A stretch of 64,000 nt of DNA from Rhodanobacteraceae bacterium (GTDB lineage: Bacteria; Acidobacteriota; Terriglobia; Terriglobales; Acidobacteriaceae): the NCBI GenBank assembly GCA_025350865.1, contig JANXWZ010000196.1, positions 5,895 to 69,894 of the forward strand, in the 5' to 3' direction. This document shows, piece by piece, positions 8,837 to 17,386 of the stretch (position 1 is its first letter; each line of letters starts with the position of its first letter). The notes under the pieces are model-generated. The model was given only the letters and a program-made list of their open reading frames with translations, was not told the DNA's origin and did no database searches. Both the position numbers and the translations under genes were made by a program.

Positions 8837-9601
8837 CTACCGCACGACCCGAAACGTCCGTTCCCAGCGCGCAAAGCTTGGTTTGACTTCCGCGGTATCT
8901 CCGTCGCGATGAACCGGCAGGTGAACGTCGTCGAAATCACCCCCCGATTGCCGCCATGAGAAGTAGATCAGCACCGGTTTACCGACAATCGCAGCCCGCG
9001 GCACAAAGCCCCAGTAGCGGCTGTCCTCGCTGTCGTTGCGATTGTCGCCCATGACGAAATAGCAATCCGGCGGTACCGTCACTTCACCGTCGTGAACCAC
9101 GGTGCGCAGCCGAATCCACCAGTTGGGGTTGACCCGGGTCTGCATGGTGTTCAGGTCGGGAAAGTCGTCGCGATAGCGGTTCTCCACCGACTGCCGGTAG
9201 ACGGCGTAGCTCTCCTTCAAAGGCTGGCCGTTGAGGTAGACGACGCCGTCGCGAAGGTGAATCTTGTCGCCGGGAATGCCGATCACGCGCTTGACGAGGT
9301 GCACGTTGGGGTCGTCGACGGGGTCGTGAAAGACCACCACATCGCTGCGGTTGATCGCGACCGGCGGCAGCAATCCGGCAGCGTTTCCATCCACGGTCTG
9401 CTTGTCCATCAGCATGAAGTCACCGACCAGCAGCGTCGGTTCCATGCTGCTCGAAGGAATGCGGATGGGCTGTACCGTAAAGGTCATGGCGAACAGCGAC
9501 ACGATGAGCACCAGCAGCATGGACTGAACGGCAGGCAGCAGCCCGACCGGATGATGGTGCATCGTCGGCATTGTCGTGGGAGTGATCTGGCCCTCAGTCA
9601 T
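8837..9601 (-). CDS. lepB: Signal peptidase I (copy 2)
   Basis: IPSSSMEPTL, LVKRVIG and MGDNRNDSEDSRYWG. The start at 9601 overlaps the rnc stop; the longer ORF-track start is an artefact. Confidence 0.92.
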   Translation of the reverse strand: MTEGQITPTTMPTMHHHPVGLLPAVQSMLLVLIVSLFAMTFTVQPIRIPSSSMEPTLLVGDFMLMDKQTVDGNAAGLLPPVAINRSDVVVFHDPVDDPNVHLVKRVIGIPGDKIHLRDGVVYLNGQPLKESYAVYRQSVENRYRDDFPDLNTMQTRVNPNWWIRLRTVVHDGEVTVPPDCYFVMGDNRNDSEDSRYWGFVPRAAIVGKPVLIYFSWRQSGGDFDDVHLPVHRDGDTAEVKPSFARWERTFRVVR

Positions 9602-10418
9602 GCGCGGCCTCCGCCGGTTGACGGAGCTGCTGCACGGCGAGCCGGGCCGCCTCCTGCTGCGCCTGCTTCTTGGTGGAGCCGTCGGCCTCGGCGAGCACTC
9701 CGGGTTGGCAGTCGCCGCCCTCCAGTCGGACTTCGACGCGGAAGATTCGCTTATGTTCCGGGCCGGTCTCGCCCACCAGCCGATATTGTGGCCGGCCTCG
9801 GCCGGTAGCCTGCAAGAGCTCCTGTAGTTCGGATTTGTGGTCGCCGACCGACGCGCTGAATCGTTCGCCCCGGCCCAGCGAATCCTCCATCTCTGGTAAC
9901 GCGCCGTCCAGCACCTGATCCTCGACAAAGCGGCGCGCAACCTCGATTCCGCCATCGAGATAAAGTGCCGCGATCATCGCTTCCATAGCGTTTGCAAACA
10001 GCGCGGCATTGGTGCGGCCGGCGTTTCTTTCAGCCGTATGCCCAAGCCGGAGCCAGCGTCCCAGGCCGAGCCGCGTCCCTACCTTGCCGAGATGGCTGCG
10101 GCTGACGACCGACGCCCGCAGCCGGGTCAGCTCACCCTCGCGCGAGGCGGGAAAACGCCGGCACAGAGCTTCGGCGGCCAGTAGACCGAGGGCGGCATCG
10201 CCCATAAACTCCAGTTGTTCATTGTCGTGCGAAGGATCGGCGCGGTCGTCGGTCTGATCCGAAACCGCCTGGTCGTAGACGTAGGAGCGATGCGTCAGGG
10301 CCAAGGTCAACAGTTCGGGCCGCCGGAAGCGATGCCCGAGCATCTCTTCCAGTTCCTCGATTCCCGCCAGCGCAGCGATCTGAATCGCTGCCGCCTTCTT
10401 TGCCGGACGACGCGCCAT
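9594..10418 (-). CDS. rnc: Ribonuclease III
   Basis: NEQLEFMGDAALGL signature, ANAMEA, C-terminal dsRBD (DHKSELQELLQ...KKQAQQEAA) and the conserved lepB-rnc linkage. Confidence 0.93.
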   Translation of the reverse strand: MARRPAKKAAAIQIAALAGIEELEEMLGHRFRRPELLTLALTHRSYVYDQAVSDQTDDRADPSHDNEQLEFMGDAALGLLAAEALCRRFPASREGELTRLRASVVSRSHLGKVGTRLGLGRWLRLGHTAERNAGRTNAALFANAMEAMIAALYLDGGIEVARRFVEDQVLDGALPEMEDSLGRGERFSASVGDHKSELQELLQATGRGRPQYRLVGETGPEHKRIFRVEVRLEGGDCQPGVLAEADGSTKKQAQQEAARLAVQQLRQPAEAAHD

Positions 10419-10471
10419 CGCTCTCCTCTAAACCATTACTCTACCGGAGGTAGACGTGCGAAATCTTGTCT

Positions 10472-12211
10472 TCACTTCGGTTCGTCCGGCTTGTAGGCTT
10501 CCTTTTCCGCCTTGCCGCTGGGGTCGAGTTCCTGCTCCTCGCGGTGGACGACCTTGGGCACCTCAAACGGCTTCTTCAGCCCGATCTGTGCCGCCGCCTG
10601 CGCATCCGGGGGTACTGCCGCGACGGCGAGCGCTGCCTTGTACTCGGTCAGCGCGTGGCTGCGCTCGGGCGGGTCCTTGATGTCGTATAGCCGTCCGAGA
10701 TAGATATGAGCCCACGCGATGGTGTGAGGGTTGTGCGAAATCTTCAGCACTTCCTGGAATCCGTCGGTCGAATCCTTCGGATCACCCTCCATCAGTTGGA
10801 CGCGGGCCTTCACGTAGAGGGCGTCACCGTGGTCCTGCCTGGGGTCGGCGAGCACCTTGTCGGCGATCGCGTCCGCGCCGTCCAGGTCGCCTTCCAGCAT
10901 CTTCTTCTCGGCCAGCATCATCCCGCTCAACTGGCGCGGAGCGCGGCTGGCCAACTCGCCGCCAGAACCCTGCGGCAGGAAGTCAATCTGCAGCGCCGAG
11001 CGCCGTACGCGGTCTACATCCATGCCGTAGACCATCTGACCCATCGCTTCGCTCAACCCCTCGGGTTGATGTTCGAACTGGAGGAACTGGCTGTAAAAGT
11101 AGTCCGTCAGAACCCAGCCCTGGCGCATATTCAGAGCGACCTGCTGACGGCGCACTGCCTCCGCCTGGTGGTCGTACACGCTCAACTCTTCGTCATACTT
11201 TGCAAGATCCGCCCGAGCCTTGGTGCCCTGTGGCTTTACCGGTGCGGGGAACCCCACAGACATCGTCCGGTCCTCGATCGCCTTGATCATGCACTCGGTC
11301 ACCAGCGCAACTACGTCGGTCTTGTAGATGTAGTCCACTGGCGCGTCTTCGACCGGCTTCAGGAGTGGTGTCAGACGCAGCATCGACTGAGCCTTGGCGT
11401 AGATCAGAGGCTCAATCTGGTAGTGCAGGTAGAGGTGGCGAATCTCGTCAAGCTTGATCGCTCCGGCGGCGTTGGGCGAGGTCACCATCACGTAATCTGC
11501 GGCGTAGATGCGGGCATTCGGCGCGTTCGGGGCCAGCATCGGTTCGACCAGGATAATCAGGCGGCGGCCATCGTAGCTGCTGACTGGAACTTTCAGGTAG
11601 AGGTTCGTCGTGAGGATGCTGCGCGTTATGGCATCGTGGACGTGATCGGTAACGGCCTCGTACTCGGCGTGATGTTTGGACCACAGCACATGGAGCGAAG
11701 CCTTGGCCGCGAAATCCCGCAGGAGCGGCAGAATGTTGACGACCTGCAGCGCATCGGGCGGCATGTCGGTCTCATCAGCGGTAGGCTGCAGATTGGGTGG
11801 AGGGCCGGTATAGAGCGCCAGCGAGACGTATTGCGCAATCTCGCGGCTGTGGTCGTTCAGCCGATGCTCCTCGATGTAGGCGCAGAGCTTGGTCTTACTT
11901 TGGCGGACCAAGGCGGATTCCGCGACTGACGCGTCCACCTCGGCGCGAACCTCGGTTCGAACCGGCTGGGAGCTGGCAAGGTCCGTGTCGTAGCCGCAGG
12001 CGTTTAGAGCCGTGGCGATGTAGAACAGGGGCTCGCTGGTTTCCAGCGTAATCGCCGCGCCGCCAGCCTCTGGCTGGCCAATGTGCGGGCGCGAGCTGGA
12101 TGGCTCCTGCACCTTGCCACCCTCGCTGCTGGAAGAGGACGATGGAACCTGCGCGGCGGCAACCACCGCCAACGCACCGGAAAGGAAGAAAACCGCAAAA
12201 ACATGCCGCAT
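10472..12211 (-). CDS. Exported protein: DUF4932/zincin-like domain plus C-terminal TPR repeats
   Basis: Signal peptide, HLYLH...ECMIKA zincin-like pattern and TPR-like helices (ALYVKARVQLMEG, AWAHIYLGRLYD). The start could alternatively be 12235. Confidence 0.6.
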   Translation of the reverse strand: MRHVFAVFFLSGALAVVAAAQVPSSSSSSEGGKVQEPSSSRPHIGQPEAGGAAITLETSEPLFYIATALNACGYDTDLASSQPVRTEVRAEVDASVAESALVRQSKTKLCAYIEEHRLNDHSREIAQYVSLALYTGPPPNLQPTADETDMPPDALQVVNILPLLRDFAAKASLHVLWSKHHAEYEAVTDHVHDAITRSILTTNLYLKVPVSSYDGRRLIILVEPMLAPNAPNARIYAADYVMVTSPNAAGAIKLDEIRHLYLHYQIEPLIYAKAQSMLRLTPLLKPVEDAPVDYIYKTDVVALVTECMIKAIEDRTMSVGFPAPVKPQGTKARADLAKYDEELSVYDHQAEAVRRQQVALNMRQGWVLTDYFYSQFLQFEHQPEGLSEAMGQMVYGMDVDRVRRSALQIDFLPQGSGGELASRAPRQLSGMMLAEKKMLEGDLDGADAIADKVLADPRQDHGDALYVKARVQLMEGDPKDSTDGFQEVLKISHNPHTIAWAHIYLGRLYDIKDPPERSHALTEYKAALAVAAVPPDAQAAAQIGLKKPFEVPKVVHREEQELDPSGKAEKEAYKPDEPK

Positions 12212-12308
12212 CGGGAGAACTCGCAAAGAGGCCATCAAGCATTCGACGCCTGCACACAGCATACGAGAGCCGACAACACCCCCGCAAACCGCAGATCAAG
12301 GGTTTACT

Positions 12309-12983
12309 TTAGCCGCGGACCGAAACTCCGGAGAATGTGATGAGCACGTGCCCGCGCACGGGCTCACCAAACGCCCGTGCCGGCTCATAGACTTGCAGCA
12401 TCAACTGGTTCATCACCTGATCAGCGGTTGCCGGATCGGAAGGGCCGGAGAGGATCTTGTAGTTATAGACGCGGCCGAGCGAATTTACATCCGCCTGAAT
12501 CACGATCGTCGCGTCCGTCGGCGTTGTGACAGGCTGCAGGCGTGCTGAAGAATAAAGGTAATGCGGCGAGGTAAGCGCACCGAGCGGCTCGTCATTGGCC
12601 AGCACAGGCTGCGGAGCGGCTACTACACCGATCAGCAGAGCGAGCGATCCGACCAGCGCTACGCTGCCCGCCAATCCGGCTGAAGCCTGCAGCAGCGCAG
12701 GCCGCAGAAGGTTCTCCCAACGCGACGTGATCGCATCCCACCAGTGACCGCGGCGCCGTGCCGCTTCGCGCGAGATCGCCAGCCGGAGGCGCAGGCCCAG
12801 GTCTTCCGGAGCCTTTAACGGTCCCACGGAGCCCAGCATCTGTTGCATCCCGCGCCATGCCTCGAACTCCGAGCCACAAGACCCGCAGCCTTCCAAGTGC
12901 GAGGAAAGCGCCTGCATCTCGCGTCCACTCATCGCGCCGTCCAGATAAGCCGAAAACATCTCCCGAATCTGATGGCAGCTCAT
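12309..12983 (-). CDS. Zinc-binding anti-sigma factor (zf-HC2) with TM helix and TonB C-terminal-like periplasmic domain
   Basis: SAYLDG...HLEGCGSC (HxxxCxxC), one TM, then IVIQADVNSLGRV...YEPARAFGEPVRGHVLITF. Confidence 0.8.
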   Translation of the reverse strand: MSCHQIREMFSAYLDGAMSGREMQALSSHLEGCGSCGSEFEAWRGMQQMLGSVGPLKAPEDLGLRLRLAISREAARRRGHWWDAITSRWENLLRPALLQASAGLAGSVALVGSLALLIGVVAAPQPVLANDEPLGALTSPHYLYSSARLQPVTTPTDATIVIQADVNSLGRVYNYKILSGPSDPATADQVMNQLMLQVYEPARAFGEPVRGHVLITFSGVSVRG

Positions 12984-13678
12984 CGCGTACCTCCCGCGAA
13001 AACCGTCGCCGGTACCGGACGATTCAACTCCCGCACGGTGAGCCCCTGGTCGAGCAAAATCTGCTTCAAGGCGGCACGCCCACGCAGCAGGCGGCTCTTC
13101 ACGGTGCCGGCCGGAGCATCCACAATTTCGCCAATCTCTTCGTAGGAGAAACCTTCCATCTCGCGCAGAATGACCACGGTTCGGAAGGCTTCCGGAAGCT
13201 CACGCAACGCAGCTTCCACACGTGCTTTCATCTCGGACTGTGCGGCGTGGTCGTACGGCGAATTGCCCGAATCCATCAGCATTCCGCTGAGGCACATTGC
13301 GTCCTCACCGTCTTCGCCTTCCGCAGAATTGGGAGCGTCGATTGTCAGTTCGGGCCGCTTGTGCCGCGTCCACCAACGGCGCTGATTGCTGGCCTCGCGC
13401 AACGCGATCCGATAGAGCCAGGTGCGGAGGCTGGCGTCGCCATGGAAGCTGCCGATGGAACGGAACACCTTGATGAAGACTTCCTGGGTAATGTCGGCAG
13501 CGTCAGCAGGATCCTGCAGGCTGCGTGCGATCAAGGAATAGAGTGGCTGCGAATATTGCGCGATCAGCATGCCGAACGCCTGCTCTGAACCAGCCTTCAG
13601 AGCAGCGACGAGCGCTGCATCCTCGGTACCGATTCCTATCGCGCTCGCCAGGTTTCCCATTACGATGCCCGCCTGCAT
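12980..13678 (-). CDS. ECF RNA polymerase sigma factor (RpoE-like)
   Basis: AADITQEVFIKVF, LRTWLYRIA, FSYEEIGEIVDAPAGTVKSRLLRGR. Coupled to the anti-sigma gene. Confidence 0.92.
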   Translation of the reverse strand: MQAGIVMGNLASAIGIGTEDAALVAALKAGSEQAFGMLIAQYSQPLYSLIARSLQDPADAADITQEVFIKVFRSIGSFHGDASLRTWLYRIALREASNQRRWWTRHKRPELTIDAPNSAEGEDGEDAMCLSGMLMDSGNSPYDHAAQSEMKARVEAALRELPEAFRTVVILREMEGFSYEEIGEIVDAPAGTVKSRLLRGRAALKQILLDQGLTVRELNRPVPATVFAGGTR

Positions 13679-13927
13679 TTCGGGTGCCCTCTAGCCTACG
13701 TGCCGCTGTTGCAACTTGCAAATGAAACATCCGCGAGTCCTGAAACGTTGGGAAAACTGCGCCGCCGGCGGCCAGAGTGCTCGCTCACTCTGCATACTTA
13801 GACACCGCAGCCCCCCTCAAATGTTCCAAGGCGCAGCAGAATAGTGCAGCAACTCTGTTATGGGCCAAGGTGAGAGGGTCTCGATGGTTTGACGTAGACC
13901 CTGACATCCCTCAAAATAGAAAGGAGT

Positions 13928-14003
13928 GGGCCTGTGGCGCAGCTGGGAGCGCGCTTCCATGGCATGGAAGAGGTCATCGGTTCGATCCCGATCAGGTCCA
14001 CCA
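13928..14003 (+). tRNA. tRNA-Ala(GGC)
   Basis: 76-nt cloverleaf with G3:U70 acceptor pair, anticodon arm CTTCC-ATGGCAT-GGAAG, GGTTCGATCC T-loop and encoded CCA. Confidence 0.97.
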
Positions 14004-14067
14004 ACCAAATCCAATCAATAAGCGAAGTCGAAGTGAAAAGCGCGATACGCTTTTGACGCTCTGGCTC

Positions 14068-14250
14068 TCATGCTGCACCCTCCGCAGAGCCTGCTCCCAC
14101 ATTTCTTGCGCGATTCAGAAGAACATCTTCCATACACTTTTGAGCCTTGCGCCTGGCTGGCGTCAATGCTTTCGTGTCCATGCTCATCGTTGTCGGGATG
14201 CTGGCGTGGCGCATCAATTCCTGCACCGGATCGTCTGCCGCCTGAGGTGG
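14068..14250 (-). pseudogene. C-terminal remnant of a tyrosine recombinase/integrase
   Basis: Manual translation QAADDPVQELMRHASIPTTMSMDTKALTPARRKAQ matches the box II pattern VQELLRHA-x3-TT-x2-Y, with the catalytic Tyr replaced by Asp. It lies next to the tRNA 3' end and is not in the ORF track. Confidence 0.75.
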
Positions 14251-14334
14251 GGAATTTAGGTTTTAAGGGAGTGACCAGCGAAATTCGCGTACGGCGCAGG
14301 CAGGCTCAAGCAGAATGGTGCGATGAGGTTATAA

Positions 14335-15636
14335 ATGCTGACTTCTGAACGCAAGAAGAAACTGATGGCAATTGTTCGCGTCTCGAGTGGCAACTTTCTC
14401 GAGATGTACGACTTCATGGTTTTTGGATATTACTCGGTTGCGATCGGGAAGGCATTTTTCCCGAACGGTGATCCGTTCGTATCTCTGATGTTTTCGCTGA
14501 TGACCTTTGGCGCAGGGTTCCTGATGCGACCCTTTGGCGCGATCGTGCTGGGTGCCTATACGGACCGCCATGGACGCCGCGCGGGGTTGCTACTTTCGCT
14601 GGGCCTGATGTCTATAGGGATTCTTTCCATTGCCTGCGTGCCGAGCTACAGGACGATTGGCGTAGCGGCACCCCTGCTGGTGCTGGCCGGACGTCTGTTG
14701 CAGGGCTTCTCAGCCGGGATGGAGCTTGGTGGAGTCTCCGTATACCTCTCGGAGATCGCGACCAAGGGCCACAAGGGCTTCTTCGTGAGTTGGCAATCTG
14801 CCAGCCAGCAGGTTGCCGTCATGTTCGCGGCACTGGTTGGGATGTTGCTGAGTGCCCAGCTGTCGCCGACCGCGATGGCGTCGTGGGGCTGGAGAGTTCC
14901 GTTATGGATTGGCTGCTTGATTGTGCCCCTGTTGTTTCTGCTGAGGGGATCTCTTGAGGAAACCGATGAGTTTGTGGCGCGCAAGCAGACACTGACTACG
15001 GGGCAAATTCTGCGTGTCCTGGCTGGTAATGCCAAACTCGTTGGTATTGGCACCATGCTGTTGACGATGACGACGGTGTCTTTTTACATGATCACTGCCT
15101 ACACTCCGACCTTTGGTAGCAGCGTGCTTCATTTATCCAGTAAAGACAGTTTTATCGTGACCTTTTGTGTGGGAGCGTCGAATCTGTTCTGGCTTCCTAT
15201 CATGGGTAGCCTCTCTGACAGAATCGGGCGATTCCCTTTACTGATTGGATGTACCGTGGTGATGATGCTAACCGCATATCCAGCTATGTTCTGGCTTGTT
15301 GCGGGACCTACTTCCGGGAAGCTGCTTGCTGTGGAGTTGTGGCTCTCGTTCCTCTATGCCAGTTATAACGGCGCGCTCATTGTCTTTATGACTGAATTCA
15401 TTCCGCTGGAGGTTCGAACTGTCGGGTTCTCATTGGCCTATAGTTTGGCGACTGCAATCTTTGGCGGATTCACACCGGCGATCAGTACGTACTTGATTCA
15501 CTGGAGCGGGAATCGCGCCATTCCGGGGTTGTGGCTGACGTTCTCAGCTGCAGTTGGACTGAGCGCGGCTCTGATTGCCCGCGGGCAGAAGAGCCTGGGT
15601 AATCAATTTATTGAAGTATCGACCGTTGGAGCATGA
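14335..15636 (+). CDS. MFS tricarboxylate/H+ symporter (CitA/TcuC-like, MHS family)
   Basis: SGNFLEMYDF, GFLMRPFGAIVLGAYTDRHGRRAG, GRLLQGFSAGMELGGVSVYLSEIA; about 12 TM helices. Confidence 0.88.
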   Translation: MLTSERKKKLMAIVRVSSGNFLEMYDFMVFGYYSVAIGKAFFPNGDPFVSLMFSLMTFGAGFLMRPFGAIVLGAYTDRHGRRAGLLLSLGLMSIGILSIACVPSYRTIGVAAPLLVLAGRLLQGFSAGMELGGVSVYLSEIATKGHKGFFVSWQSASQQVAVMFAALVGMLLSAQLSPTAMASWGWRVPLWIGCLIVPLLFLLRGSLEETDEFVARKQTLTTGQILRVLAGNAKLVGIGTMLLTMTTVSFYMITAYTPTFGSSVLHLSSKDSFIVTFCVGASNLFWLPIMGSLSDRIGRFPLLIGCTVVMMLTAYPAMFWLVAGPTSGKLLAVELWLSFLYASYNGALIVFMTEFIPLEVRTVGFSLAYSLATAIFGGFTPAISTYLIHWSGNRAIPGLWLTFSAAVGLSAALIARGQKSLGNQFIEVSTVGA

Positions 15637-15642
15637 GGCGAA

Positions 15643-16590
15643 ATGTCGAATCTACTAAAGAAGTTGTCCTCTCTTGTTGTCCCTTTGGTCGCCTTCGCAC
15701 TGGGCAGTGCGGCCTGGGGCCAGGATGTGATTGTGATGAGCTCCGGCGGATTTGCCGCACCCTACAAGCTGCTAGCGCCGAAGTTTGAAGCCGCGACAGG
15801 GAACCACCTTACTTCGGTGTTTGGGCCTTCGATGGGGACGACGTCCGGCGCTATCCCGATGCGGCTTTCCCGGAATGAGGAAGCGGACGTCGTAATTGTG
15901 TCGCGGAGTGAACTCGACGCGCTCGCGCAAAAGGGGTTGGTCGTCGCAGGAAGCCAGGTTGATCTGGTTCGCTCGCGGATCGGCATGGCGGTGAAGCTTG
16001 GGGCATCGGTTCCCGACATCAGCACGGTGCCTGCTTTCACTCGCGCAATGCAAGTGGCAAAGTCTATTGCGTACTCGGATAGCGCGAGCGGGGTCTACAT
16101 TTCCGGTGAGCTCTACAAGCGTCTTGGTGTCGAAAGCGAGTTGGCGCCGAAGAGCCGAAAGATACTCGCAGAACCAGTGGGCGAAGTTGTCGCGCGGGGT
16201 GAGTCTGAGATCGGGTTTCAGCAGATGAGCGAACTGAAGCCGATTGCGGGCATCACGATCGTCGGTCCCATCCCGGATGAGGTGCAGAAGGTGACGGTGT
16301 TTGCGGCTGGTGTTGTTGCGAACAGTCACCATAAAGAAGCGGCGCGAAAGCTAATCGAGTTTCTTTCGGCACCGGCAGTTTGTAACGCGATCCGGGACAG
16401 CGCGCTTGATCCGGTAGCACATGCACTGCTCCCAACAAGTGACGCAGGCAAACTCCGGCCTTGTAGTTCTGGTACGCCACGGCTGATCGGTTCGATCAGG
16501 ATCACTCCAACCGACAACCTGAACACAGTCAATCTCTTCACGGCGCTGAGCATATGTATTACGCTATGCCAGAGCAATGGAAGGGTGTGA
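15643..16590 (+). CDS. ModA-like periplasmic substrate-binding protein with no adjacent ABC permease or ATPase
   Basis: Signal peptide, VMSSGGF, SIAYSDSASGVY, GEVVARGESEIGFQQMSEL. Confidence 0.8.
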   Translation: MSNLLKKLSSLVVPLVAFALGSAAWGQDVIVMSSGGFAAPYKLLAPKFEAATGNHLTSVFGPSMGTTSGAIPMRLSRNEEADVVIVSRSELDALAQKGLVVAGSQVDLVRSRIGMAVKLGASVPDISTVPAFTRAMQVAKSIAYSDSASGVYISGELYKRLGVESELAPKSRKILAEPVGEVVARGESEIGFQQMSELKPIAGITIVGPIPDEVQKVTVFAAGVVANSHHKEAARKLIEFLSAPAVCNAIRDSALDPVAHALLPTSDAGKLRPCSSGTPRLIGSIRITPTDNLNTVNLFTALSICITLCQSNGRV

Positions 16591-17318
16591 AAGTGACACG
16601 GAGCGCAAAAGCATCAGAGACGACGTCGCGAGAGAAACTGATTCTGAGCGCGGAGCGCCTCTTTGCCACCTTTGGCTTCGACGGAGTTTCCGTCCGCGAC
16701 ATCGCGAACGATGCAAAGGTGAATTCGGCGCTCTTAGGGTATTACTTCGGCGGCAAGGAAGGCTTGCTGGCGGAAGTTTACACACGGCACTGCGAGCCGT
16801 TGAAGCGCGAGCGCTGCCGCCTCTTGGCCGAGTATCGAGCCGAAGGAGGACCTCCGTCGCTGGAGGCCATTCTCGACGCCTTCATCAGGCCCTCGCTGAT
16901 GGCAAACCACGGCAGCGAGGATGGTCGAAGTTTCTTGCGTCTGCGAGCCATCCTTTCGGCGGAAAATTCGATGCTGCTTGAGCGTCTGGTCGCGGAAAAC
17001 TTTGACGAAACCAGCCGGACGTTTGTAAAGGCTCTTTGCGAATGCCTGCCAGAGCTGAACCGCGAGGACGTATTCTGGCGCTTTCATTTTCTTCTCGGGG
17101 GCATTTACTACACCGCTTTAGGACCGCACCGGATTCGCATTCTCTCCAAGGGCAAGTGTGATCCAGCGGACCCGGAGGCAACTCGCGAAGAATTGATTCG
17201 GTTCGCGGCGGCGGGGTTTCGTGCTGCGCCAAAGCGGGCGAAAGTTGCGCGAGCCAAAGTGGCCGTTCCGGTGAATACCACGGTCCGTCGTCGTAAGAGA
17301 GCTGCCTCCGTCAAGTAG
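16587..17318 (+). CDS. TetR/AcrR family transcriptional regulator
   Basis: HTH: LILSAERLFATFGFDGVSVRDIANDAKVNSALLGYYFGGKEGL. The GTG start overlaps the SBP stop. Confidence 0.9.
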   Translation: MKVTRSAKASETTSREKLILSAERLFATFGFDGVSVRDIANDAKVNSALLGYYFGGKEGLLAEVYTRHCEPLKRERCRLLAEYRAEGGPPSLEAILDAFIRPSLMANHGSEDGRSFLRLRAILSAENSMLLERLVAENFDETSRTFVKALCECLPELNREDVFWRFHFLLGGIYYTALGPHRIRILSKGKCDPADPEATREELIRFAAAGFRAAPKRAKVARAKVAVPVNTTVRRRKRAASVK

Positions 17319-17340
17319 CTTGACACTTGCCCCGTCCAGT

Positions 17341-17356
17341 TTATACAAATGTGTAA
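17341..17356. promoter_or_regulatory. Imperfect palindrome TTATACA-AA-TGTGTAA, probable TetR operator of the gal operon
   Basis: One mismatch in 7-bp arms. It lies between TTGACA (17320-17325) and the galD RBS. Confidence 0.5.
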
Positions 17357-17386
17357 CGCGGTGACTTGCGAGCGGCGAGGTGTCCT

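Noticed and set aside
8837-9955. 372-aa version of the second lepB
   Set aside because: The extra N-terminus overlaps rnc out of frame. The real start is 9601.
13798-13827. GGAAC...GTCTAA on the minus strand upstream of the second ECF sigma
   Set aside because: The elements look ECF-like but the spacer (19 bp from AAC to GTC) is longer than usual. Not reported as a feature without TSS data.
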